Shown: positions 11,120 through 22,687, numbered from the whole stretch's first letter. The stretch is 63,126 bases of DNA, filler included, from Octopus bimaculoides (GCF_001194135.2; 10 parts of 10 records of this genome joined end to end with filler, not necessarily neighbours in it), one strand, 5' to 3'. Numbers and translations: made by a program. Notes: generated by a model not told the origin, from the sequence alone.

Positions 11120-11393
11120 ATAAGACATATATTTGTCATTCAAAAGCACATAATGATTGTTAACTTCACTTAAACATTTATCATTTGTTGGAACCATGTC
11201 AATGACCAGGTTTCAATTGGTGTCACAAAATTTTTGACTTCAAATACCAAATAACAAATGTTTAAATCAAGTGAATAACTTTTGTGTGTTTCTGAATGAG
11301 TTATATGTGCCTTCTATGCCATTTCTGTTTTAGTTTCAAACACATTGTCTCAGATTAAATCACATGCCTGGCATTACACCTCCTAAATGCGTG

Positions 11394-11455
<62 letters not shown>

Positions 11456-11683
11456 TTATGAGCGATAGTGGTGTCAGTTAGACCCAGAGGTTTCAGGTAA
11501 TGCTAAGTAAGTGCTATGGATAGACCATAGTTAACCTCCAGGTTCGGTGATTCTGCGAATAAGGGGTCCAACGTAGGTCATGTATCAGCGTGTGAGTATA
11601 AGGTTTTAGTTTTCGTGATGAGATAAAAAAAACCAAGGCTGTGTATAATATAGAACATTTATAAATAGAAGGTATTACAGCTG

Positions 11684-11722
<39 letters not shown>

Positions 11723-11723
<1 letters not shown>

Positions 11724-12026
11724 GTTCAGTAGTTTTATTTTTATAACGTGCTTTCACTTCACTACCGAGCGCAGCTCTTTGTGCCTGGGGTATGTGCTGT
11801 GGTTTGCTGTGGTGCTCTTATGTTTACTGTATTGAAAGTGTTTTGCGTAGAATGTGTGCAGTACCCAGTAGTGCAATTTTCTGTATGTTATATATATTTG
11901 TAAGTCCTGGTGTTTTTGTTATGTATTTGTCTGAATATTTTTTTATTATACCTAAGGCACCTACTATGATAGGAATTGTTTCTGTTTTTAGATTCCACAT
12001 TCAAGTTATCTCTATTTCCAGGTCTT
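11723..12026 (-). mobile_element. R4/Dong-type RLE retrotransposon 3' end, family TAA-1
   Basis: Minus strand ...ETIPIIVGALGIIKKY...QKIALLGTAHILRKTLSIQ* plus 3' UTR; (TTA)n on both flanks. Confidence 0.8.
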
Positions 12027-12283
12027 TTATTATTATTATTATTATTATTAATGTCAACCACTTTACAGAGTGCGCTGGATGTATTTTTCATAGCACCAGC
12101 GCTAACAGGATCACCATGTAATTTGTAAGATCATACAAAGTCCCCTTGAATGGTGTGGAGTAGTATTGAGGGAGGTGGCTTTGTGCCAGTTGATAAGAGG
12201 TTAGAAGAATATTAGAGGGAGACAGAGAAATAGGAGGTCTTGTGGTAGAAGAGATACATGGACGCTCCAGCTGGAGAAGAAGG

Positions 12284-12345
12284 GAGAGAAAGAGAGACTT
12301 GAAGAGAAAGAGAGACTTGAAGAGAAAGAGAGACTTGAAGAGAAA
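12284..12345. repeat. 18-bp minisatellite (agagaaagagagacttga) x~3
   Basis: Direct inspection. Confidence 0.7.
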
Positions 12346-12559
12346 GATAGGGGATGGCGAGAGTTAGAGGATGGAGACAGTGAGGTGGTGGATATGTGTC
12401 AGGACATACCCACAAGGCACAGTCGGAGAGACTATAGGTGAAGAGATACAGGGGATTGGACAGTAAGGGGGAATGGAGGGGAAAAAGGGAAAATTTCCAT
12501 ACAAATTTGAGGGGAGATGATGTGTGTGTGTGTGTGTGTCTTTGTGTCTGGATTTGTTA

Positions 12560-12720
12560 CCCACCATTTCGACATAACAAATTCCGCCAAGGCCAACTTT
12601 GTCTTTCATCCTTTTAGGGATCAATGAAATAAGTAGCAGTCTAGTAGTGGTGGTGGCGGGGTATCAATATAATCAAACCTGCCCCCCAACTCCTGGCCTT
12701 GTGTTAAAATTTGAAGCCAT
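12560..12720 (+). mobile_element. SINE family B, partial
   Basis: caaattccgccaaggccaactttgtctttcatccttttagggatc is the reverse complement of the family B core. Confidence 0.6.
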
Positions 12721-12773
12721 CATCACCATTATTATTATTATTATTATTATTATTATCATTATTATTATTATTA

Positions 12774-12804
<31 letters not shown>

Positions 12805-12810
12805 CATTAT

Positions 12811-12852
12811 TCAATAGTTTTATTTTTATAACATGCTTTCACTTCACTACCG
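12811..12852 (-). mobile_element. R4/Dong family TAA-1 extreme 3' end, cut by N gap
   Basis: tagttttatttttataacatgctttcacttcactaccg follows a long (TTA)n tract; near-identical to 11730-11768. Confidence 0.7.
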
Positions 12853-13649
12853 NNNNNNNNNNNNNNNNNNNNNNNNNNNNNNNNNNNNNNNNNNNNNNNN
12901 NNNNNNNNNNNNNNNNNNNNNNNNNNNNNNNNNNNNNNNNNNNNNNNNNNNNNNNNNNNNNNNNNNNNNNNNNNNNNNNNNNNNNNNNNNNNNNNNNNNN
13001 NNNNNNNNNNNNNNNNNNNNNNNNNNNNNNNNNNNNNNNNNNNNNNNNNNNNNNNNNNNNNNNNNNNNNNNNNNNNNNNNNNNNNNNNNNNNNNNNNNNN
13101 NNNNNNNNNNNNNNNNNNNNNNNNNNNNNNNNNNNNNNNNNNNNNNNNNNNNNNNNNNNNNNNNNNNNNNNNNNNNNNNNNNNNNNNNNNNNNNNNNNNN
13201 NNNNNNNNNNNNNNNNNNNNNNNNNNNNNNNNNNNNNNNNNNNNNNNNNNNNNNNNNNNNNNNNNNNNNNNNNNNNNNNNNNNNNNNNNNNNNNNNNNNN
13301 NNNNNNNNNNNNNNNNNNNNNNNNNNNNNNNNNNNNNNNNNNNNNNNNNNNNNNNNNNNNNNNNNNNNNNNNNNNNNNNNNNNNNNNNNNNNNNNNNNNN
13401 NNNNNNNNNNNNNNNNNNNNNNNNNNNNNNNNNNNNNNNNNNNNNNNNNNNNNNNNNNNNNNNNNNNNNNNNNNNNNNNNNNNNNNNNNNNNNNNNNNNN
13501 NNNNNNNNNNNNNNNNNNNNNNNNNNNNNNNNNNNNNNNNNNNNNNNNNNNNNNNNNNNNNNNNNNNAATTATAATAATAATAATAATAATAATTATAAT
13601 TATAATAACAATAATAATAATTATAATAATAATAATGATAATAATAACT

Positions 13650-14003
13650 TTTTATCTTTTATCTTTTACTTGTTTCATTCATTAGACTCCGGCCATGCTA
13701 AAGCACTGTGTTGAAGAATTTTTAACTGAATGAATTGAACTCAGTATCTATCTATTCTGTCAGTTTCTTTTGCCAGACTGCTAGGTTACAGAGACATAAA
13801 CAGACAAACACCAGATGTGAAGTGGTGGTTGGGGACAAACACACACATATATAATGGTTTCTTACAGTTTCCGTCTGCCAAATCCAGTCACAAAGATTTG
13901 GTCGACCCAAGACTATAGCAGAAGATACTTGCCCAAGATGCCATGCAGTGGGACTGAACCTGGAGCCATGTGGTTGGGAAGCAAACTTTTTACCACACAG
14001 CCA
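13650..14003 (-). mobile_element. SINE family A, full length
   Basis: Reverse complement of the 6190-6565 element from atcttttacttgtttc to taccacacagcc. Confidence 0.85.
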
Positions 14004-14157
14004 CAATAATACTACAAATACTAATAATAATAGGTAAGTTTCAGGTATAATCTGATCAATTTTTTTAATTAGTAATCTTTAATTAAATTTTGTATGAAAA
14101 ATACAAAATGGCTGATAGTTAGCAAGGTGAGACACACATAAGAAGGAAGGAAACAAA

Positions 14158-14202
14158 GGACCACTGATGAGGTCACAGAAGTGTGACGAAAGAACTCTGG
14201 CC
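14158..14202 (+). ncRNA. Minimal type-I hammerhead ribozyme (predicted)
   Basis: GGACCA-CTGATGA-G-[GTCACA-GAAG-TGTGAC]-GAAA-G-AA-C-TC-TGGCC. Intact CUGANGA and GAAA core, 6-bp helix II, minimal helix III, CUC cleavage triplet, 5-bp helix I with one bulged A. Confidence 0.7.
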
Positions 14203-14406
14203 GAAATAAGATTAAGATTAATGTAATATAAAGCTGAAGCAAATTAACACCAAATATACAGTGCGTGTGTTTTTATTGGCTAAACTGGCAATATGACCAT
14301 CCCCAAGTACAACAACTTTAATTAACTGTTATTGTTATATCTGGTTTGTTAAGTTTCTAGAAGTAAACTCTGTAAATAATTATTTGATTAATAATGAGAC
14401 AGAATC

Positions 14407-14600
14407 TTTTCTACTCTAGGCACAAGGCCTGAAAATTTTTTTAGGGAGGAGGCCAGTCGATTAGATCAACCCCAGTATGCAACTGGTACTTAATTTATCG
14501 ACTCCGAAAGGATGAAAAGCAAAGTCGACCTCGGCGGAATTTGAGCTCAGAACGTAAAGACAGACAAAATACCACTAAGCATTTCATCCAGCATGCTAAC
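14407..14600 (-). mobile_element. SINE family B
   Basis: ttctactctaggcacaaggcc...ccgaaaggatgaaaagcaaagtcgacctcggcggaatttgagctcagaac; the minus strand has a B-box-like gagctcaaattcc. Confidence 0.85.
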
Positions 14601-15249
14601 GAGATAAAGAGATAGAATACAATAAGAAAAGTTACTGTAAGAAATAACAAATCGTATATCTTAAGATGAAGAATATATCTGTACGTATATGTATGTAAAT
14701 ATATGTATGTATACATATGTATNNNNNNNNNNNNNNNNNNNNNNNNNNNNNNNNNNNNNNNNNNNNNNNNNNNNNNNNNNNNNNNNNNNNNNNNNNNNNN
14801 NNNNNNNNNNNNNNNNNNNNNNNNNNNNNNNNNNNNNNNNNNNNNNNNNNNNNNNNNNNNNNNNNNNNNNNNNNNNNNNNNNNNNNNNNNNNNNNNNNNN
14901 TATATAGTGACAGTAATGAGAGGGAATTAAAGAAGCAATTAGTGGAAATATGAGAGAAGAGTTTGAATGTAAATAGAAGTAAGTATATAATTATATAATT
15001 AGTATTTATATAATTTATATAATTATAAAATTAGTATTTATATAAGCAATTGTAAAATATGTATCCAACTGGAATTATTTAAGTGGTACTTATTGTGTTC
15101 TTGGAAGGTGTCAGTAAGAAACACACACACACACACAAATACCAGTATGGACAAAATATTTTGTTTTGCAACTACAATACGCTACCAAACACAATAAAAG
15201 TTTACATAGATTTTCCTAGTTTATGCACACACACACACATACATATATA

Positions 15250-15460
15250 TCTTATGTCTTTTACTTGTTTCAATCATTTGACTGCGGCCATGCTGGGGTA
15301 CCACCTTGAAGAGTTTTTAGTTGAATGAATCGACCCCAGTACTTATATTTTAAGCCTGGTACTTATTCTATCGGTCTCTTATGCTGAACCTCTAAGCTAT
15401 GGGGATGTAAACACACCAACACCGGTTGTCAAGCAGTAATGGGAGAAAAACACAGACGCA
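15250..15460 (-). mobile_element. SINE family A, 3' half
   Basis: ttttacttgtttcaatcatttgactgcggccatgctgggg...gtaaacacaccaacaccggttgtcaagc. Confidence 0.8.
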
Positions 15461-15470
15461 ACACACACAC

Positions 15471-15512
<42 letters not shown>

Positions 15513-15612
15513 NNNNNNNNNNNNNNNNNNNNNNNNNNNNNNNNNNNNNNNNNNNNTTAATTAATTAANNNNNNNNNNNNNNNNNNNNNNNNNNNNNNNN
15601 NNNNNNNNNNNN
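15513..15612. other. Artificial ~100-bp scaffold spacer N~44-TTAATTAATTAA-N~44 (also at ~19991, 25270, 27380, 31618, 36344, 49229, 53821, 59966)
   Basis: Identical palindromic 12-mer with stops in all six frames, centred in equal N runs, nine times. Confidence 0.9.
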
Positions 15613-16007
15613 ATTCAGTAGTTTTATTTTATAACATGCTTTTACTTCACTACCGAGCGCAGCTCTGTGTGCCTTGGGTATGTGCTGTGGTCTGCTGTGA
15701 TGCTCTTATGGTTACTGTATTGAAAGTGTTTTGCGTAGGATGTGTGCAGTGCCCAGTAGTGCAATTTTCTGTATGTTATATATATTTGTAAGTCCTGGTG
15801 TTTTTGTTATGTATTTGTCTGAATATTTTTTTATTATACCTAAGGCACCTACTATGACAGGAATTGTTTCTGTTTTTAGATTCCACTTTCGAGTTACCTC
15901 TATTTCCAGGTCTTTGTATTTTGAAAGTTTCTCCATTTCTTTTAGGGGAAACGTTGTCATCTGCTGGTATTGATACATCAATTAAAAAGCATTTTTTTCC
16001 TTCACGA
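15613..16007 (-). mobile_element. R4/Dong-type 3' fragment, family TAA-1 (RLE C-terminus)
   Basis: ORF 15712-15981 ...KLSKYKDLEIEVTRKWNLKTETIPVIVGALG...QKIALLGTAHILRKTLSIQ; 5' end abuts (TTA)n. Confidence 0.85.
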
Positions 16008-16039
<32 letters not shown>

Positions 16040-16044
<5 letters not shown>

Positions 16045-16272
16045 AGAAATCAAAACTGATGTGAGAGCAGAGCAAGCCCCAAAAAGCTGCTCTGCTGGGG
16101 ACAGCCAGGACTTTGAGACTGGCACTTGGGTATTGAAAGTTTCCCATAACTAACAACCAATTATCAAAGCTTATAATGTGTAGAAAGCTTATGTGTGAGA
16201 CCTCTGACAGCAGGCTACTGTCCGCTCTCACAGAATTTACTAGAGCAAACAAAACCAAGCACTCTGAGAAGT
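16040..16272 (+). mobile_element. R4/Dong-type extreme 3' end, second family
   Basis: caaaaagctgctctgctggggacagccaggactttgaga = QKAALLGTARTLR; different 3' UTR from TAA-1, ending in (AAC)n(AAT)n. Confidence 0.65.
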
Positions 16273-16319
16273 AAAACAACAACAACAACAATAATAACAA
16301 TAATAATAATAATAATAAC

Positions 16320-16825
16320 ATACACCAGAAAAGGTAATGGACGAAAAGAGGAAGGCAAAAATCCTCTGGGACTTTGATTTCTAAATAGACAAAGTGTTAG
16401 AGCACCAATGACCGGATATAGTAACCTTTAGGAGGGACAAACAAGAGTGCCTAATAATTGACAAAGCAGTGCCAGGAGATCAACATATCATCATGAAAGA
16501 AAGAGAAAAAGTTGATAAATATGGAGACCTGAGAATAGAGATTGCTAAGATGTGGTAGCTATGAAAGTCAGACATAAAGGTTATCCCTGCTGTCCTCAGA
16601 GCAATGGGTGTCATACTACCCAATCTGAAAAGGCATTTGAAAACCTTACAGATACCCTACAATCTAGATGTATTGTAAAAGTCAGTGTTACTTGGAGCCG
16701 CACGTATATTGCGTAAAGTACTGTCTGTCTGAGGTCCTTGTGACTTGACAAACAGTACAAACCCCTGGTAGACACCATATCTTCAATCAACAACCTCATG
16801 ATATTGTATACTGTGTGACGTCCAT
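16320..16825 (+). pseudogene. R4/Dong-type RLE domain fragment, third family
   Basis: Reads HTPEKV...KILWDFDF*IDKVLEHQ*PDIV...CLIIDKAVPGD...EKVDKYGDLRIEI...VLLGAARILRKVLS (RLE PD..D motif); preceded by (AAT)n, followed by (GAT)n. Confidence 0.8.
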
Positions 16826-16969
16826 GATAATGATAATGATGATGATGATGATGATGATGATGATGGTGATGATTTTCTATTTTAGTACGTTTTAAATAAT
16901 GAATCAAAACAGTTATAAAACTCTTGAAATGTAGTTAATAATAATAATGATAATAATAATAATAATGGT

Positions 16970-17190
16970 TTCTAATTTAGACAGAAGGTCAGAAGTCTTG
17001 AAGGGGAGGGAGGTAGTTGATTGTGTCAACTCCACTACTTCAGTGATGCTTTGTTTTATTGACCCAGAGCGGATAAAAGGCAAAGCTGACCTCAGCAAGA
17101 TTTGAACTCAAAGTGTAAAGAGATGAAACAACAACCACAAAACCTACTGTCTGATGCTCTACTGATTCTGCCAATCCACTGCCTTTTGGT
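16970..17190 (-). mobile_element. SINE family B
   Basis: gacccagagcggataaaaggcaaagctgacctcagcaagatttgaactca...gattctgccaatccactgcc. Confidence 0.7.
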
Positions 17191-17799
17191 TGATTTATAA
17201 GCAAAGGAAACCATTCTGAGAATCAATCTCAAATTTAACATTGAATTGTTAAATGTGAATTTGAAATTGCAATTGTAAAAGAACTAAAAAACAAAAAAAA
17301 AAAACCCCAAAGCAAAAACACTTTGGTGTTAATTAGAAATAGCTTTAATTGAAATTATAAAAGATTTTGGTGAAGATTGAAATTATAAAGAATTGTAGTG
17401 AAGATTGAAATAATTGTATATTCATCATTTTACATTTGTTCTTTAGAAGAGAAACATCTTGAAGGCATTCCTTAATGAAATGTTCTGTCGGAATATTGTT
17501 AACATTTCGTGGCATTTAATGGTTAAAATTATAAAGAATTGTGGTGAAGATTGAAAGAATTGCAGTACATATATACTCTTTATTTCACTTTTGTTTTTTC
17601 TTTAAAAGAAGAATGATATTGGTTTATGGCCATAATTTGAGGCATTCCTGCACGGAATGGTTTGACTATTCAGTTTGAAGACCAAGAGTGTGGCACTGGC
17701 TCTGCAGAAACCATGCCTGCTATAATATTTATCTTGAAGATTGTTCAGCAAACCATGAGACTCCATCGTACTTTCTTCATAAGGATAGTTAAGCACTTG

Positions 17800-18060
17800 G
17801 CTGTGGCTTAGAGGGTCGGCGTATTCAGCTCACGTTCGTAAGGTTATGAGTTCAATTCCCAACAGCATGTTGTATCCTTGAGCAAGACGCTTTATTTCAT
17901 GTTGCTTCAGTCCATTCAGCTGGCAAAAATGAGTTGTACCCGTAATTCAAAGGGGTCAGCCTTGTCACGTTCTGTGTCATACGGAATCTCCCTGAGAACT
18001 ACATCAAGGGTACACATGTCTGTGGAGTGCTCCGCCACTTTCATGTTAATTTCACAAGGG
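17800..18060 (+). mobile_element. SINE family C (tRNA-derived head)
   Basis: gtggcttagagggtcggcg (A-box-like)...gagttcaattccc (B-box)...ttgtatccttgagcaagacgc...; the reverse complement of the head recurs at 40665-40800. Confidence 0.75.
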
Positions 18061-18408
18061 GGCTATTCCATTGATCTGATCAATGGACAGCTAGTTCCTC
18101 GTAAGTTCATTGGCAATATGGAAAGAAGCAGATACAGACCACCTTTGGGTGATGGTCATTTTTCACAGTCCTATATGGCATAGCTATCTCTTGCTGAACC
18201 TTCATTCATTGAAGCACTGAAAGAGCCCATCATTCTGTTTGATAAGTTAACATTGTAGTGGAAGACAACAGTAAAAATTATAAAGAATTTTGGTGAAGAC
18301 TGGAATAATTATGGTTTATAATAATTTTTGCTTTCATTTGTTTTTCAGAAGAGAAACAACAGAGAATAATGATTACATCTTGGGTCCTGCCTGTAAAGTG
18401 ACTAACTC

Positions 18409-18835
18409 GTTAAAGTGATCTAAATTAAGACCTGCCAAAATTTCATGTTAATTTGTTTCAAAAGATCATCTTAATAATGACAAAGTTATTTTATTAAATT
18501 CTTCTTATTTTCAAAATTAATTGAAACAAAGACAGTGTATTTCAACAGAAATATGGTAACAAAAGGGTTAAAATGATCTAATTTAGAACTTACCATCAAA
18601 TTTTCATGTTTCAAACAACAGCTTAATAACAACAAAGTTATTAAACTAAATTCTTCATTATTTTCAAAATTAATTGAAACAAAGTCAGAGTATTTCAACA
18701 GAAAAATGATAGCAAATGGGTTAAAATGATTAAAATTAAAACCTTCCATCAAACTTTCATGCTAATTTATGTTCCAAATACCAGATCAATAATTTCAAAG
18801 TTATTTTACTAAATCTTTCTTTATTTTTAGAATTC
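18409..18835. repeat. Tandem array of ~2.7 x 155-160-bp units joined at TTAA
   Basis: Units start ttaaa(g/a)tgat(c/t)taaa and end acagaaa.atg.ta.caaa.gggTTAA; same unit at 7313-7465 and 19365-19520. Confidence 0.75.
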
Positions 18836-19144
18836 CTCAATGAAACAGGTTCTGTTAGGTTAACATTTAACCCTCGGGGTGCTGATTAAATTCTTTTACA
18901 CTAACATGCAAATATTAAATTAATTTGTTAAAATTGGCTAGAATTAACATAACCATGTTATGTACACAAATATTAATAGCTAAAACATTTTTTCATCATC
19001 AAAAATGAATTAACCAAAAGTGTCCTTGATTCCTGCACAATCGGAGTCGGAGTGAATGGAGAAGAAGAAATATAAATTGCATTTCTGAGGAAAAGAATCG
19101 ACAGAGATTATAACTTCATAGTGTGGAGGAAAGATAAAAAAAAA

Positions 19145-19175
<31 letters not shown>

Positions 19176-19569
19176 CGAAAAGAAAAGAAAAGAAAAGAAA
19201 AGAAGGTTCTGCCGGAGTAGAAATTATGATATGATAGTTTAATGATTACCACATTTAGAGTTTCATCAGTTTGAGGCAGAAAAGTTATGGGAGAAAAGTA
19301 CCAGACAATTTGATTATGAAGTGAAAAATGGAGGAGAAGAAGTAGCAAGTGATTAACTCTATAAAATAATCTAAATTAAAACCTTCAATCAAAATTTTAT
19401 GTTAATTTACATTCTAAATACCAAATTAACAGTTTCCAAGATATTTTACTAAATCCTTCACTATTTTTGGAATTAATTGCAGCAAAGGGAGAGTATTTCA
19501 ACTGAAATACTGTAACAGAAGTGTTATACTTGAAAAAAAAAGTGTATTTTAAGAACATCTTGTATAAAA

Positions 19570-19670
19570 CGGTTTATTTAAGAGATGAGGAACCATGTAC
19601 ACAACTTGCATTATTTACATTTGACAGATATTTGTCCTCATCTTGTTTGTTGTTAACACAATGTTCGATT
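19570..19670 (-). mobile_element. Partial short element of the 27084-27290 family
   Basis: atttacatttgacagatatttgtcctcatcttgtttgttgttaacac is shared with 27099-27140. Confidence 0.65.
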
Positions 19671-19714
19671 CCAGGCAGTGACCTGAATAATAATAATAAT
19701 AATAGTAATAATAA

Positions 19715-19943
19715 TTTAAATTCTTTATTGCTCACAGGGGGAACTAAACACAGAGGGGACAAACAAAGGGACTAAGTCGATTACATCGATCCCAGTGTGT
19801 AACTTGTACTTATCTAATCGACCCCGAAAGGATTAAAGGCAAAGTCGACCTCGGTGGAATTTGAACTCAGAACGTAGCAGCAGACGTAATACCGTTAAGC
19901 ATTTTGCCTGGCGTGCTAACAATTCTGCCAACTCACCGCCTTA
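19715..19943 (-). mobile_element. SINE family B, full length
   Basis: gtcgattacatcgatcccag...gaccccgaaaggattaaaggcaaagtcgacctcggtggaatttgaactcagaac...ctgccaactcaccgcct. Confidence 0.85.
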
Positions 19944-20046
19944 ATANNNNNNNNNNNNNNNNNNNNNNNNNNNNNNNNNNNNNNNNNNNNTTAATTAATT
20001 AANNNNNNNNNNNNNNNNNNNNNNNNNNNNNNNNNNNNNNNNNNNN

Positions 20047-20096
<50 letters not shown>

Positions 20097-20616
20097 GTCA
20101 TGGAAATCAACCGCACACAGGATGTAAACATAAAGGTAAAGATGAGCGAAAAAGAGAACACCTACCTTGACTATTGAGGAATCTACAGCTACTCTATCCA
20201 GATTAGAAGTTCAGGTTTATACCTGTAATTGTTAGGGTACTGGAATATGTAGCACACTGCCTAAGTGCCAATCTCGGGAAATTAGGCTTCTCAAATCGGG
20301 AAAGGAGAAAGCTGATTCGAAGACTACAGCTCCAAGTCATCCCTTGGAACCGTAAAAATCTGTAAAACTTTCTAGAAGTTTATCATTTAAGTATATATGA
20401 GCATGTCTAGGTATGCATCTATATGCACGAGAATACATACATAGAACAAACATTCAAATCTGTACATATTAGAAAGTAAATAAATTAATACATACATACA
20501 TACATACATGCAAAAATACCCTGTTAATGTTGAAATTCCAATGAAGGAGACTTGGATTTAGGTTAGAAACCGGCTCTTTCTCTATTGGCAAGAAATCTTG
20601 AAATAAAAATGAATAA
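20097..20616 (+). mobile_element. R4/Dong-type 3' fragment, family CATA
   Basis: Homologous to 33940-34497 (KMSEKENTY..., 3' UTR with internal (CATA)n, ...ctattggcaagaaatcttgaaataaa.atgaataa); ends at catacttacatacatac. Confidence 0.8.
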
Positions 20617-21590
20617 TGGCATACTTACATACATACACAGAACGTTACTTATTAAGTTATAAAGCTCGTTTTCACTGGCACTTGTTTCGCTTGACATCCT
20701 GTTCGACCTGTGGAATAAGCCTTCGGGTGAAACTTTAAGTCTCAATGGAAAGCAATGTTATTATAAAGCTAAGATGACTTATAAAATTGCATTCCTCCTC
20801 AATAAATGTTCCGTTATTGTTCTTAATATTCTAATATATATATAACAACAATCCCTGACTAAGTGCTTACTCATGTATGTATATATACATACATTTGAAT
20901 GCACACAGACATGTANNNNNNNNNNNNNNNNNNNNNNNNNNNNNNNNNNNNNNNNNNNNNNNNNNNNNNNNNNNNNNNNNNNNNNNNNNNNNNNNNNNNN
21001 NNNNNNNNNNNNNNNNNNNNNNNNNNNNNNNNNNNNNNNNNNNNNNNNNNNNNNNNNNNNNNNNNNNNNNNNNNNNNNNNNNNNNNNNNNNNNNNNNNNN
21101 NNNNNNNNNNNNNNNNNNNNNNNNNNNNNNNNNNNNNNNNNNNNNNNNNNNNNNNNNNNNNNNNNNNNNNNNNNNNNNNNNNNNNNNNNNNNNNNNNNNN
21201 NNNNNNNNNNNNNNNNNNNNNNNNNNNNNNNNNNNNNNNNNNNNNNNNNNNNNNNNNNNNNNNNNNNNNNNNNNNNNNNNNNNNNNNNNNNNNNNNNNNN
21301 NNNNNNNNNNNNNNNNNNNNNNNNNNNNNNNNNNNNNNNNNNNNNNNNNNNNNNNNNNNNNNNNNNNNNNNNNNNNNNNNNNNNNNNNNNNNNNNNNNNN
21401 NNNNNNNNNNNNNNNNNNNNNNNNNNNNNNNNNNNNNNNNNNNNNNNNNNNNNNNNNNNNNNNNNNNNNNNNNNNNNNNNNNNNNNNNNNNNNNNNNNNN
21501 NNNNNNNNNNNNNNNNNTCTCTCTCTTCTCTCTCTCTTTCTCTCTCACTCTCTGTCTCTGTCTGTCTGTCTCTCTCTTTCTCTCTCACAT

Positions 21591-21667
<77 letters not shown>

Positions 21668-22471
21668 TTGTACATGTACGCACACGCACATACACATACA
21701 CATACATGTAAACACATATATATATATGTGTGTGTGTGTGTGTGCGTATACATTTCCTTCAAGGTTCAAGGTGCAAATGCACACATCCTCAATCACATAT
21801 GCCCTGTTGCATAAATATCATTTACAGTGAGTGTGTGTGTGTGTGTGTATGTGTATAAGAGCGAGAAGGAGAGAGAAGGAAGGGAAAGAGTGGGGAGAGA
21901 GAGGGGGAGAGGTGGAGGATACGCAGGTATATAAATATTTCTGCATTGATACATTTAATCACACATAAGCATTTGTGCATCACTGCACATCCATACGTGT
22001 TTCTGCATTGAAGCAGTTAGACATAAACAACCTCCGCCGCAATTCTGCATGTATGCATAGATATACAAATGCAGAATCGCATCAAGGTTCACTGGTGCAC
22101 AAGCGAATAGCGAATATATATATGTAGCGAACACAGAGACAGACAAGCAAACAAAAAGCGTTTATACAAATGCTAGGCAGTCACCGCCATCACTCTCTAT
22201 ATCGCCATCACTACCGCCGCTGCCGCCGCCGCTGCCGCCGCCGCTGCCGCCGCCGCTGCCGCNNNNNNNNNNNNNNNNNNNNNNNNNNNNNNNNNNNNNN
22301 NNNNNNNNNNNNNNNNNNNNNNNNNNNNNNNNNNNNNNNNNNNNNNNNNNNNNNNNNNNNNNNNNNNNNNNNNNNNNNNNNNNNNNNNNNNNNNNNNNNN
22401 NNNNNNNNNNNNNNNNNNNNNNNNNNNNNNNNNNNNNNNNNNNNNNNNNNNNNNNNNNNNNNNNNNNNNNN

Positions 22472-22504
<33 letters not shown>

Positions 22505-22575
22505 GAAACAACTACAAATGCAATTACTACTAGTGCGACTAGTACTCAATCACTACTAAAACAGCAATTGCAAAA

Positions 22576-22644
<69 letters not shown>

Positions 22645-22687
22645 ACTACTACTACTGCTGCTGGTGCTGCTACTACACCAAGGATAA

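Noticed and set aside
15557-15569. Recurrent TTAATTAATTAA palindrome (nine occurrences), superficially like a regularly repeated motif or piggyBac target
   Set aside because: Always centred in ~44+44 N. It is a six-frame-stop spacer added during scaffolding, not biology.
17602-17796. 64-aa minus-strand ORF and nearby RMMGSFSASMNEGSARDSYAI* frame at ~18185-18250
   Set aside because: No recognisable homology, and splice phases do not join to the 20645-20750 candidate.
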